DNA of 64,000 nucleotides from Candidatus Cryptobacteroides sp. (GTDB lineage: Bacteria > Bacteroidota > Bacteroidia > Bacteroidales > UBA932). Location of the stretch: NCBI GenBank assembly GCA_045586745.1, contig JAZNAW010000105.1:308-64307 (forward strand). The letters are read 5' to 3'. Numbering within the stretch: position 1 is the stretch's first letter; every line of letters begins with the position of its first letter. Position numbers and translations under genes: made by a program. The notes below the pieces were generated by a model. That model was not told the DNA's origin. It did no database searches and saw only the letters and a list, made by a program, of their open reading frames with translations. Below, in pieces: positions 18,009 through 27,397 of this stretch.

Positions 18009-20651
18009 ATGTTTTTTATGATTAAAACTTGCAATAAACGAATACTTCTGATTGTGGTCTGGTTATTATCCTCAATAATCATGCCTGCTCAGGATCTTCC
18101 TGTCCTGTCTCCGGACAAGGCTGTGAAGACAGGCGTCCTTCCCAATGGTACAAGTTATTATTTAGTGTCCAATCCTGTGATAAAGGGAGTGGCTGATTTT
18201 GCTTTGGTCCAGAAGACGGGGACAGAAAACATAGCGGATACTTCATCTTACACGGCCGTTTCAGTAGCGAGAGATGCCCTTACCGCTCTTCCGCGTTGCG
18301 GAGGCGGATCTGTCCAGGAATTCTTTACCTCTCATGGAGTGACTCCCGGAAGAGACGGATTTGTCAAGGTTACCGACAATACGACGGAATTCCGTTTCAA
18401 TGATGTTCTTCTTTCCGGTCCGGAAGTCCTTGATTCGGCTTTGCTGGTCATTCTTGATATGGTGGACAGGATCAGCGATAGCAGTGACCCGTTCCTTAAG
18501 AAATGGTATGCTCCTTCAGAACAGGCGGTGTTCGTTGCCGGCGACATCGATGCCGCATCTGTTGCGGACAAGCTCAAGATGATGTCTTACATGACCCCGT
18601 CCTTTGCATCTTCTCCCAGAAAGGAATATGTCTGGGAGGAAAGGGATAGCGCCCTGTATGTCAATCTTCCTGCGTCCTATGAGGGTATATCCACGTTCAC
18701 TGCTGTATGGAAGTCGGCAAGAACTCCGAGGGAGTACATGAACACGGTCCAGCCTGCCATATATGAACTCTTTCTTGCCGAGTTGGGAATGGTTGCCGAG
18801 GAATATATATCAGATGGGCTGCGCAAGTCTGATATACCTGTTGCGGACATTTCTTGCGGATACAGGACCAGTCTTCAGTCTTCCGGAGATGAAGAGTTTT
18901 CCGTAAGTGTTTCTGTTGCCGAAAAGGATTTTCCTGACGCGCTGAAGGTGGTTTCCGGAGTCATGGGAAGCATAGATGCAGGAAAGACCGATGTCCGTGA
19001 CCTTGTCAGGGTTAAGCGGATCTGCATGGATCGGGCCAGGGAGACGGCATTTGTATCTACAGCCGCCAATTCAGATTATATCGACAGATGCATAGCCGCT
19101 TTTGTCTATAACGGAAGCCTTTCGACCATGCAGACAAGGGTGGATTTCCTGGCGGGACGTGTTCTCGCGGACTCTACTGAATTCCGTCTCTTCAACAGCA
19201 TATCTTCTGCGTTGCTCGATCCTGAAAAGAATCTGGAGGTTGCATATTCGCATCCGATGCCGTCGGATTCGGCAAGGGCAATATTCGTCCGTTCCTGGGA
19301 TGCTGCAGATGGTTCTGTCCTTCCGGCAGAGGCCGAAGTGGTTGGGGACTATCCTTATTTTGTCTATGCCGGACCAAAGGTCAAGCTTAAGTCGGAAAAG
19401 ACAGACCATATGTCCAAGGGATTGGAATGGACATTCTCCAATGGATTCAAGGTTGTGTATCGCCGTATGCCGACAGGAGGAAGGCTCCATTATGCACTGG
19501 CTCTGAACGGAGGTTTCAGTTCAATCGAGGATCTGAAGAAAGGTGAGGGAGGATATGTTTCCGATTATTATATGCTGGGAAGGATCTTTGACCGTCCTGC
19601 AGAAGAGTTCATTGCAGATCTGGCACTGAAGGGAATGTCCCTGAACGTGTACACGGGTCTTAACGCTACTATGATCAGCGGTTCGTCAGAAGAGGATGAC
19701 GTTGACTTCATGCTTACAGCCTTGCTGACTTCCGTGAACTGCTGGGAGATGGATGAAGATGCAGCGAGATATTATGAGTCTTGCGAACCGTTACGTCATA
19801 TGATGAGGAAAGGCACGAAATCGGAGATGACCGCAAAGGTCAACGACATAATGTGTCCCGACTACAGGCATGTCTCATACAAGATGCTTGACAGGATATC
19901 TCCCGATCTGGCAGGAAAGGCCGGGGCCTTCTATGAAGAAATGTTCAGAAGGGCCAACGACGGGGTGCTGATTCTCCTGGGAGATGTGGATCCTGATATG
20001 CTCAAGAAGAAGATAACTCCTTATGTGGCCGGTTTCATGGTTACGGACAGGGCGTTCAGAAGACCTCTGGTGCGTTATCAGCCGGCTTCAGGATGGTCTA
20101 CTTATACTGTTGAAGGCGACAGGAACAGCGTGGATATAGCGCTGTCTGTTCCTATGACATTGACGGCAGACAATTTCATGGCTGCCGAAGTCGCTACATT
20201 GGTGCTGAAGAAGATGCTTTCGGAGGCGCTGATAGATTCAGGAATGTATATGGAGCTTTCTCACGAGTGCAGGATATATCCGAACGAAAGGATGAACTTG
20301 CACATTTCCCTCAATGAGATTTCTCCGGACGGGTTTGCCTCGGATGTTGTCAATTCTGCACCGATAGAAACCCTCGCAATAGTGCGTTCCGTGCTTTCCG
20401 GGGCAGGTGGCGTGGAGTTCGGCAAGGAGGATGTGGAGGCGTTCAAGGCAAGGATGAAGGCTGGTCTGGACCAGGAGATGAAGGTACCTTTCTATTGGCT
20501 CAATGTGATATCGAGAAGGCATATTGCAGGTAAGGATTTCACGACAAATCATGATGGCCATATAAAGTCTGTGACAGTGGACAAGGTCAGGGCCATACTT
20601 TCTAGCATCAATGACGGAACAAGAGTAGAATATATAGTAAGCAAAAGATAG
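18009..20651 (+). CDS. M16 (insulinase/PqqL-like) family protein, apparently lacking the zinc-binding motif
   Basis: Signal peptide, VKTGVLPNGTSYY, KWYAP, FVAGDID, EWTFSNGFKVVY; no HxxEH. Confidence 0.8.
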   Translation: MFFMIKTCNKRILLIVVWLLSSIIMPAQDLPVLSPDKAVKTGVLPNGTSYYLVSNPVIKGVADFALVQKTGTENIADTSSYTAVSVARDALTALPRCGGGSVQEFFTSHGVTPGRDGFVKVTDNTTEFRFNDVLLSGPEVLDSALLVILDMVDRISDSSDPFLKKWYAPSEQAVFVAGDIDAASVADKLKMMSYMTPSFASSPRKEYVWEERDSALYVNLPASYEGISTFTAVWKSARTPREYMNTVQPAIYELFLAELGMVAEEYISDGLRKSDIPVADISCGYRTSLQSSGDEEFSVSVSVAEKDFPDALKVVSGVMGSIDAGKTDVRDLVRVKRICMDRARETAFVSTAANSDYIDRCIAAFVYNGSLSTMQTRVDFLAGRVLADSTEFRLFNSISSALLDPEKNLEVAYSHPMPSDSARAIFVRSWDAADGSVLPAEAEVVGDYPYFVYAGPKVKLKSEKTDHMSKGLEWTFSNGFKVVYRRMPTGGRLHYALALNGGFSSIEDLKKGEGGYVSDYYMLGRIFDRPAEEFIADLALKGMSLNVYTGLNATMISGSSEEDDVDFMLTALLTSVNCWEMDEDAARYYESCEPLRHMMRKGTKSEMTAKVNDIMCPDYRHVSYKMLDRISPDLAGKAGAFYEEMFRRANDGVLILLGDVDPDMLKKKITPYVAGFMVTDRAFRRPLVRYQPASGWSTYTVEGDRNSVDIALSVPMTLTADNFMAAEVATLVLKKMLSEALIDSGMYMELSHECRIYPNERMNLHISLNEISPDGFASDVVNSAPIETLAIVRSVLSGAGGVEFGKEDVEAFKARMKAGLDQEMKVPFYWLNVISRRHIAGKDFTTNHDGHIKSVTVDKVRAILSSINDGTRVEYIVSKR

Positions 20652-20653
20652 TT

Positions 20654-21253
20654 ATGTACCACGGAACCATTATAGAGATAGATGATTGTCTCGTGTCGGA
20701 GGAGGTTCTGACCGAATATTTTGCATGTGACTATGAGAAGTGCAAGGGCTGCTGCTGCATCATAGGGGACAGCGGAGCACCGATGGAGGAGTGCGAAGCG
20801 GAGGCGATAGAGAAGAACTATCACATATTTTCGCCTTTAATGTCCGAAGCAGGACGCACGGCCGTGTCGGACAAAGGATTCTATGAGATTGACATGGACG
20901 GGGATATGGTGACACCTCTTGTGCCGGGAAGCGAAGAATGTGCATATACCCTTTTTGACGAAGAAGGTAACTGCTTCTGTTCGATGGAAAGGTGCTGGTT
21001 CCAGGGCAAGGGGGACTTCCGTAAACCTATCTCATGCTGGCTCTATCCGATCCGTATAACTACGTTCCGGAACGGGATGCGTGCCCTGAACCTGCACAGA
21101 TGGCATATCTGTCAGGATGCATTCGCTAAGGGCAAAAAGGAAAAGATCCGCGTGTTCGAGTTCCTCCGCGAACCTATCGAGCGTTATTTCGGCGAGGATT
21201 TCTATTCAGCCTTGTCGGAAGCGGCCAAGATGCTTTCCAATCCAGTCGAATAG
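20654..21253 (+). CDS. DUF3109 family Cys-rich protein
   Basis: FACDYEKCKGCCCIIGDSGAP, KPISCWLYPIR, LNLHRWHIC. Confidence 0.85.
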   Translation: MYHGTIIEIDDCLVSEEVLTEYFACDYEKCKGCCCIIGDSGAPMEECEAEAIEKNYHIFSPLMSEAGRTAVSDKGFYEIDMDGDMVTPLVPGSEECAYTLFDEEGNCFCSMERCWFQGKGDFRKPISCWLYPIRITTFRNGMRALNLHRWHICQDAFAKGKKEKIRVFEFLREPIERYFGEDFYSALSEAAKMLSNPVE

Positions 21254-21675
21254 AGGAAGACATCCTTTCTCAAGCCTTCCATTGTGTAGCCTTCGTCAGT
21301 CCTGGCGAGGGTTATGCGGTCTTCGCACATCTTTGCAAGCCTTCCGGCAGGTGACCTGCGGCGGAATGTGACGGCATCCTCTGTTTCAGATTCAACCTTG
21401 AAAGGTCTTTCGCAGAAATATGTTCTTGCGGCCCTCTTTACGGTATCCCAGTCGTCTGCGGTATCGATTCTTCTTGTGACGAATCCGAATCTAGGGTAGA
21501 CGGCGGCCACTATTGCAAAGAAGACAGCGATCTTCCATATCGAGCCGTAACCTTCGTCAAAAATGTTTTCAATGCCGCCCTCTACGGCTCCTATCAGGAT
21601 AAGCGCGAGTATTATGACTGTCGTCAGGATCGCGAAATAGAAAAAGTATTTGACTGATCTGATCAGATATTTCAT
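21202..21675 (-). CDS. Hypothetical membrane protein (2 TM)
   Basis: 157-aa ORF, two N-terminal hydrophobic helices, -7 element TATATTTG upstream (21724-21731, minus strand). Confidence 0.75.
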   Translation of the reverse strand: MKYLIRSVKYFFYFAILTTVIILALILIGAVEGGIENIFDEGYGSIWKIAVFFAIVAAVYPRFGFVTRRIDTADDWDTVKRAARTYFCERPFKVESETEDAVTFRRRSPAGRLAKMCEDRITLARTDEGYTMEGLRKDVFLYSTGLESILAASDKAE

Positions 21676-21777
21676 GGCTTCAAATTTGCTGGTTAAACTC
21701 CGGTGTACCCGTGAACACCTTCACAAATATACGAAAAATCCGATATTTTGCTATCTTTGCATTCAAATCAAATCATT

Positions 21778-22641
21778 ATGGAAAACAGCACTCTGAAAAA
21801 AATCATGTATGCCCTCATCGCTGTGGCGGTGCTGCTGGCTGGCGCCCTTGCATACATCTGGTATCAGAAGACCAATCTTGTGAATGAACTTACGATAGAT
21901 AAGGAAGAACTTACAGCGCAGATGATCGAGCTGCAGAATGACTATGCTTCCTTGTCGTCAGACTATGATACGATCAACTCCCAGCTGGATTCTTCCCGTG
22001 AGGAAGTGTCACAGCTTATCGAGAGGATAAAGAAGACCGAAGCGACGAACAGAAGCAAGATGCGTCAGTATGAAAAGGAGCTCGGTACCCTTCGAAGCAT
22101 CATGAAGAGCTATATCGTACAGATCGACTCGCTCAACACCCTCAACAAGAAGCTTACAGCAGATGCTGCTGCTGCACGTCGTGAGGCTGCGGAGAGCAGG
22201 AAGAGGGAAGAGGCTCTGAACAAGACCGTAGAGAACCTTACCGGTCAGGTTGCTGCAGGTTCGGTTATCAAGGCACGTGGAATCAAGATCGAGGCATATA
22301 ACGGTTCCGACAAGGTAACTGACAGAAGCAGCAGGGTAGTGAGACTTCTCACATCACTCAGCCTTGTGGAGAACGACCTGGCTCCAAAGGGTCCGGTAAG
22401 AGTTTATATCAGAGTCAAGGGTCCGGACGGAATCCTCCTTACAAACAGCACCCAGAGGACATTCGAAGTCAATGGAGAGCCTATGATCTGCTCTGCATCA
22501 CGAGAAGTGGACTATCAGGGCAAGGAGGTGGACCTCAGCATCTATCTCAACGAGATTCCTGAGTATGTAAAGGGCATCTATACCGTTGAGGCTTATACGG
22601 AGCAGACTCTGCTCGGTTCTGCAGAACTGATGCTCCGATAG
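21778..22641 (+). CDS. Membrane-anchored coiled-coil protein
   Basis: N-terminal TM, long heptad region, beta-rich C-terminus; -7 element TATCTTTG at 21752-21759 supports ATG at 21778. Confidence 0.8.
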   Translation: MENSTLKKIMYALIAVAVLLAGALAYIWYQKTNLVNELTIDKEELTAQMIELQNDYASLSSDYDTINSQLDSSREEVSQLIERIKKTEATNRSKMRQYEKELGTLRSIMKSYIVQIDSLNTLNKKLTADAAAARREAAESRKREEALNKTVENLTGQVAAGSVIKARGIKIEAYNGSDKVTDRSSRVVRLLTSLSLVENDLAPKGPVRVYIRVKGPDGILLTNSTQRTFEVNGEPMICSASREVDYQGKEVDLSIYLNEIPEYVKGIYTVEAYTEQTLLGSAELMLR

Positions 22642-22643
22642 TC

Positions 22644-23846
22644 GTGATATATATCCACATACCTTTCTGCAGGAGTTTCTGCACATATTGTGACTTCTAT
22701 TCGGAGGTTGCCGGAAGATGCCGCAGTGCGGAGGATGTCAGAAAACAGGAGGATATGTTCAGGAGATTTGCCGATGCTCTGGTCAAGGAGATCAGGCTTC
22801 GTGCAGATGAGATCACAGATGATGTAAATACATTATACATAGGAGGCGGCACCCCATCGGTGCTGCCCCTTTATGTCTATGAGCGTATACTGGAAGAACT
22901 CAAGTCGCTGGGGCATGGCGGTCCTTTTGAGGAGTTTACGGTAGAGGTCAATCCGGAGGACATAGTAGACAAGGGGCCGGATTATGTGGAAGGTCTGCTG
23001 AAGCTTGGAGTGAACCGGATAAGCATGGGTGTGCAGTCCTTTGATGACGATATCCTCGGGTTCATGAACCGCAGACATGACGCCGCGGCAGCACGCAGGG
23101 CTTATGAGATTCTCGAAACTTCGGGGGTAGGGAACATAAGCATAGACCTGATTTTCGGCCTTCCTCAACTTTCTGATATTCAGTGGCAGGATACGTTGGA
23201 CAAGGCTTTGTCGATTTCTCCTTCCGGACGTCTTCCGCAGCATATCTCATCATACCAGTTGTCGGTGGAGCCGGGAAGCATGCTTGCTAAACTTGTGGAG
23301 AGGGGGAAATGGGCAGAGGCATCGGAAGAACTCTGTGAGCGTCAGTACTCGATGCTCTGTCAGGCGCTGCGTGATGCCGGTTACCGTCACTATGAGATAT
23401 CCAACTTTGCTCTCCCTGGCTTTGAAGCAAAGCATAACTCCGCCTACTGGCACCATGTTCCATACGTCGGCTTCGGTCCGGGAGCGCATAGCTTTATTAC
23501 CCCCCAGTCGGTGTTACCGACAGCCCCCGAGGGATACAGGCGGCAGTGGAATGAGGCGGACCTGAATGGGTATCTGGAAGATCCGACGGGACATGTCGGG
23601 AAAGAGGAACTGAATCAGGAACAACTGGTCCTGGAGCGCCTAATGCTGGCCCTCCGTACTTCTGACGGTATATCTGAAGACTTCCTGCGTGAACACTGCG
23701 ATCCCACCGCTCTCTCTCATGCCCTTACCACAGGCAACCTGACCGCAGTCCGGTCCCGGTCAGACAATTCGGAATACTGTTCGAACGTCCGTATCCCTGA
23801 AGAAAGATTCTTTGTTTCGGATACAATTGTCTCATCTCTTATATAG
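22644..23846 (+). CDS. hemW: Radical SAM heme chaperone HemW (HemN-like)
   Basis: YIHIPFCRSFCTYCDF (CxxxCxxC), YIGGGTPS, RISMGVQSF, YEISNFA, HNSAYW. Confidence 0.9.
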   Translation: MIYIHIPFCRSFCTYCDFYSEVAGRCRSAEDVRKQEDMFRRFADALVKEIRLRADEITDDVNTLYIGGGTPSVLPLYVYERILEELKSLGHGGPFEEFTVEVNPEDIVDKGPDYVEGLLKLGVNRISMGVQSFDDDILGFMNRRHDAAAARRAYEILETSGVGNISIDLIFGLPQLSDIQWQDTLDKALSISPSGRLPQHISSYQLSVEPGSMLAKLVERGKWAEASEELCERQYSMLCQALRDAGYRHYEISNFALPGFEAKHNSAYWHHVPYVGFGPGAHSFITPQSVLPTAPEGYRRQWNEADLNGYLEDPTGHVGKEELNQEQLVLERLMLALRTSDGISEDFLREHCDPTALSHALTTGNLTAVRSRSDNSEYCSNVRIPEERFFVSDTIVSSLI

Positions 23847-23867
23847 CGTTTTTTTATGTATCCGGTT

Positions 23868-23972
23868 CTCACAACGGGCATTTCTGACGCCCGTCATGTG
23901 AGGGTAACCTGGTCAGAAGCTACTGTACGGCTCATCGCCTTTCATGACGGGTCGCGATTTTACCCGTCATGA
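23868..23972. repeat. Two related REP-like palindromes
   Basis: CTCACAACGGGC-9 nt-GCCCGTCATGTGAG and TCATGACGGGT-9 nt-ACCCGTCATGA share the ACGGG...CCCGTCATG core. Confidence 0.6.
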
Positions 23973-24066
23973 GTCCCCTGAGGATGATTTCTCCCGAATA
24001 ATTGATAGTATTTTTCGCTAAATGTTACTAAATTAGCAGTCACTAACCATTTAATTTTATTTTACC

Positions 24067-24525
24067 ATGAAAAAGGTCGTGATTTTAGCAACATTAGCTC
24101 TGCTCTTTTCTTCATGTGCTGTACATAAGGCAGCAGTATCGTCAACAACTGTATATAGTCCTGCAATCGAAACAACTACAGTTGCGACTCTGGATGTGGC
24201 GGCAAACAAGATTAGTTATGTGTATACTCCGACAAAGACAGATGCGAAATCGTTATCCGAGAAACAGTTGGTAAAGAATGCTATATATATGGCTCTTAAG
24301 GAGAATGGTAATGCAGATGAGCTGGTAGAAGTTAATTATTATGTTTCTCTCAAGCGAGGATTCCTGTCAAAGAGAGTGAAGAGTATCTCATTGACCGGAT
24401 ATCCTGCAACGTACAAGGATTTCAGAGAGCCTACAAATGAAGATAAGGATGCTGTCGAGACTCTCAGCCGTTCAAGGATGTTCCGTCAGTCAAATCTTGA
24501 AACTCTGTCATTAGGTGCAGAATAA
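24067..24525 (+). CDS. Hypothetical lipoprotein
   Basis: Lipobox LFSSC, 152 aa, followed by a terminator. Confidence 0.8.
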   Translation: MKKVVILATLALLFSSCAVHKAAVSSTTVYSPAIETTTVATLDVAANKISYVYTPTKTDAKSLSEKQLVKNAIYMALKENGNADELVEVNYYVSLKRGFLSKRVKSISLTGYPATYKDFREPTNEDKDAVETLSRSRMFRQSNLETLSLGAE

Positions 24526-24548
24526 ATTCTGATTAAAAGATAAGACAT

Positions 24549-24582
24549 AGACCGACAGGTTGAATGGCCGTCGGTCTTTTTT
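24549..24582 (+). terminator. Intrinsic terminator
   Basis: AGACCGAC...GTCGGTCT stem followed by a T run. Confidence 0.65.
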
Positions 24583-24595
24583 AAATATTATTTTT

Positions 24596-26407
24596 ATGGC
24601 TGACATTTACGCAGAAAGAATCGCCGCCCTGAGAGGCGTGATGGAAAGGAACGGCTGGGATGCGGTCGTTGTAAGCGGATCGGATCCCCACAGCAGCGAA
24701 TATCCCGCACCAAGATGGCAGCAGGTCAGGTTCCTCAGCGGATTTACCGGTGAGGCCGGTGACCTTGTCGTGACACAGGACCATGCAGGTCTGTGGACAG
24801 ATTCAAGATATTTTATCCAGGCGCTGACCCAGCTGGAAGGAACAGGAGTCGAACTTCATAAGACCAGAGTCCCGGGAGCTGTGAGTATACCGCAGTGGCT
24901 TTCTGACAAGGCCAGGACTGTCGCGGTGGACGGTCTCTGCTGGAATGTGGATGCCGTGAAGGAGATCGCAGGAGCTCTTGGAGAGGGCGGACTGGTTGTG
25001 GATGTTCCCGATATGTTGGAGGAACTTTGGGAAGGACGTCCGCAGATTCCGCAGACTCCGATAACAACCCTGGATGTCGAGACATTCGGAGGAAGACTTC
25101 GTGAGGAAAAGATATCATGGCTGAGGAAATGGATGCTTCTGGAGGGTGTTGACCGCGTTCTTCTTACCTCTCTGGATGAGATTGCGTGGATGCTGAATGT
25201 AAGAGGAAGCGATATAGAGTATAACCCTTTGGTGATATCTTATCTGCTTGTTTCACAGGATAGTGTCAGATGGTTTGTGAAGAAGTCGGTGACGGATGAT
25301 CCGGATACATTGGACAGCTTCAGCGAACTGGAGATGGATGATGTGGTTGTGGATGACTATGATGCGGTATTCTTCGGATTGTCGGACTTCAGCGATGAGC
25401 AGTCTCCGGTAACCCTTTTTGTAGATCCTTCTACCCTGAATCATCATCTGTATTCATATATTCTGGATTCATACCCTGCTGACAGGATTGTCTGCGGCAC
25501 ATCGCCTGTAATTATTGAGAAGGCGGTCAAGACCTCTTCAGAAATAGAGAACCTGCGCCAGACCTATATCGACGATGGAGTAGCAATGGAGTGTTTCCTG
25601 CACTGGCTTGAAAAGGAAGTCGCTTCCGGAAGAGAAGTCGACGAGTGGAAGGCTTCGGAAAAGCTGACATGGTTCCGCTCACAGATACCGGGATACAGGG
25701 GCAACAGCTTTGAGAACATTTCCGCCTACGGTCCGGGAGGTGCGCTGCCGCATTATTCCACTCCGAAGGAAGGTTCTGCTGTTATCCGTCCTTTCGGTCT
25801 GTATCTTGTAGATTCAGGCGGACAGTATCTAACAGGAACGACTGACATAACCAGAACAGTTCCGATGGGTGACTGCACGGACCTTGAAAAGGAGGACTAC
25901 ACCCTTGTTCTCAAAGGTATGATCGATCTGTCGATGGCTGTTTTTCCACGAGGAACTGCAGGCTGCCAGATAGATTCCATCGCCAGAATGCCTCTATGGA
26001 AGAAGATGAGGAATTTCGGACATGGAACAGGACACGGTGTCGGATATTATCTCTGCGTCCATGAAGGGCCGCAGTCGATAAGGTACCAGTACAATCCTCA
26101 GCCGCTCCTTCCGGGCATGGTGACATCAAACGAGCCGGCCCTTTACAGGGAGGGAATGCACGGAGTAAGGCATGAGAACATAATTCTGTGCAGGGAAGCC
26201 GGGATGAGCGAGTTCGGTGACTGGCTGGACTTCGAGACACTCACATGCTGCCATTTCGATACGTCTGCCGTCATTCCGGAAATCCTCGGAAAGGAGGCGC
26301 TTGATTGGCTCAATGAATATAATGAATGGGTATGCAGGACCTTGACGCCGCTTCTTCCGGACGATGTGGCTGTATGGCTCCGCGGCAAGACCCTGGCAAT
26401 AAAGTAA
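24596..26407 (+). CDS. Xaa-Pro aminopeptidase (M24B)
   Basis: DPHSSEY, SGFTG, LWTDSRYF, DSGGQYLTGTTDITRT, HGTGHGVG, HEGP, SNEP, RHEN. Confidence 0.93.
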   Translation: MADIYAERIAALRGVMERNGWDAVVVSGSDPHSSEYPAPRWQQVRFLSGFTGEAGDLVVTQDHAGLWTDSRYFIQALTQLEGTGVELHKTRVPGAVSIPQWLSDKARTVAVDGLCWNVDAVKEIAGALGEGGLVVDVPDMLEELWEGRPQIPQTPITTLDVETFGGRLREEKISWLRKWMLLEGVDRVLLTSLDEIAWMLNVRGSDIEYNPLVISYLLVSQDSVRWFVKKSVTDDPDTLDSFSELEMDDVVVDDYDAVFFGLSDFSDEQSPVTLFVDPSTLNHHLYSYILDSYPADRIVCGTSPVIIEKAVKTSSEIENLRQTYIDDGVAMECFLHWLEKEVASGREVDEWKASEKLTWFRSQIPGYRGNSFENISAYGPGGALPHYSTPKEGSAVIRPFGLYLVDSGGQYLTGTTDITRTVPMGDCTDLEKEDYTLVLKGMIDLSMAVFPRGTAGCQIDSIARMPLWKKMRNFGHGTGHGVGYYLCVHEGPQSIRYQYNPQPLLPGMVTSNEPALYREGMHGVRHENIILCREAGMSEFGDWLDFETLTCCHFDTSAVIPEILGKEALDWLNEYNEWVCRTLTPLLPDDVAVWLRGKTLAIK

Positions 26408-26409
26408 TT

Positions 26410-27381
26410 ATGAAAAGAAATCTTCTGCTCATAATCGGAGTTTTCATCGGGGTACTGGTCATCCTGCTGATGGGAAACGTGATAACTGTCGCCGAAAAGC
26501 TCGGCGAAATCTGTCATACCGTCTATGCGGAATATGCATTCTATGCGCTGATCTTCATATTGGTGCTGATATTTGTCATCGTTCCGATAATAAAAGTCCA
26601 TACGGCACCGGAATTTCCGGCCATGGGTCTGGGTGATGAAACATCGGACATCAGGAAGCTGCGCGCATTCGGAAAACGTCTGGTCTCCGGTTGCGGATAC
26701 ATTGATGATGAAGAAGTGCGAGCAGGACATAAGCAGGCCCTGAAGGCTGAAGTCGAAGCATGCGGCAATGACCTTGAGGCGCTGAAGGCTGTCATAGACA
26801 GGGAAGTCGCCCTACGTTTCAACGGCAGCAAGGAGATGGGGATCCAGGGAGTGAATGCCAGGATGAAGGAGTGGGCGAAGTCAGTGTTCATGGTAACGGC
26901 AGTGTCGCAGAACAACCTTGTGGACACTACTGTGGTACTTGTGATGAACTACAGGCAGATCGAAGACCTTGTTCTGGCAACGGGATTCCGTCCGTCCAGG
27001 GCGCAGCTGTTCCGCATATATGCAAATATCCTTACCACTACCTTGGTGTCATACTGCACTTCTGAAGTTCTTTCCGACCTTGCAGGGGAGACCACCCTTG
27101 CCGGTGCCATGGCAAATCTGAAGATACCGGGAATCATTACTGAATCTGCTGTTCAAGGTGCAGTCAATGCCCTTCTTACCCTGAGAATAGGTTATGTGAC
27201 AAAGACATTCCTTATGGAGGGGCCTGATGCCCTCGCCGGACGCAAGCGTCGTGAGGTCTCCATCAGGGCCTTCAAGGAAGCCTTTGCAGCAATTCCTGGT
27301 GTTCTCGCCGGCACTGCCACAGCCATGGGCAAAGGCCTTATGGGCTTATTCAAAGGCAGGAAAGCCGAACCGGAAGTTTAG
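26410..27381 (+). CDS. YcjF/DUF697 family membrane protein
   Basis: Two N-terminal TMs, TAVSQNNLVD, QGAVNALLTLRIG. ATG at 26410, 2 nt after the upstream stop. Confidence 0.75.
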   Translation: MKRNLLLIIGVFIGVLVILLMGNVITVAEKLGEICHTVYAEYAFYALIFILVLIFVIVPIIKVHTAPEFPAMGLGDETSDIRKLRAFGKRLVSGCGYIDDEEVRAGHKQALKAEVEACGNDLEALKAVIDREVALRFNGSKEMGIQGVNARMKEWAKSVFMVTAVSQNNLVDTTVVLVMNYRQIEDLVLATGFRPSRAQLFRIYANILTTTLVSYCTSEVLSDLAGETTLAGAMANLKIPGIITESAVQGAVNALLTLRIGYVTKTFLMEGPDALAGRKRREVSIRAFKEAFAAIPGVLAGTATAMGKGLMGLFKGRKAEPEV

Positions 27382-27397
27382 AGGTGTTGCATGATGC

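Noticed and set aside
23860-23980. CRISPR array
   Set aside because: Only two imperfect units and no cas genes.
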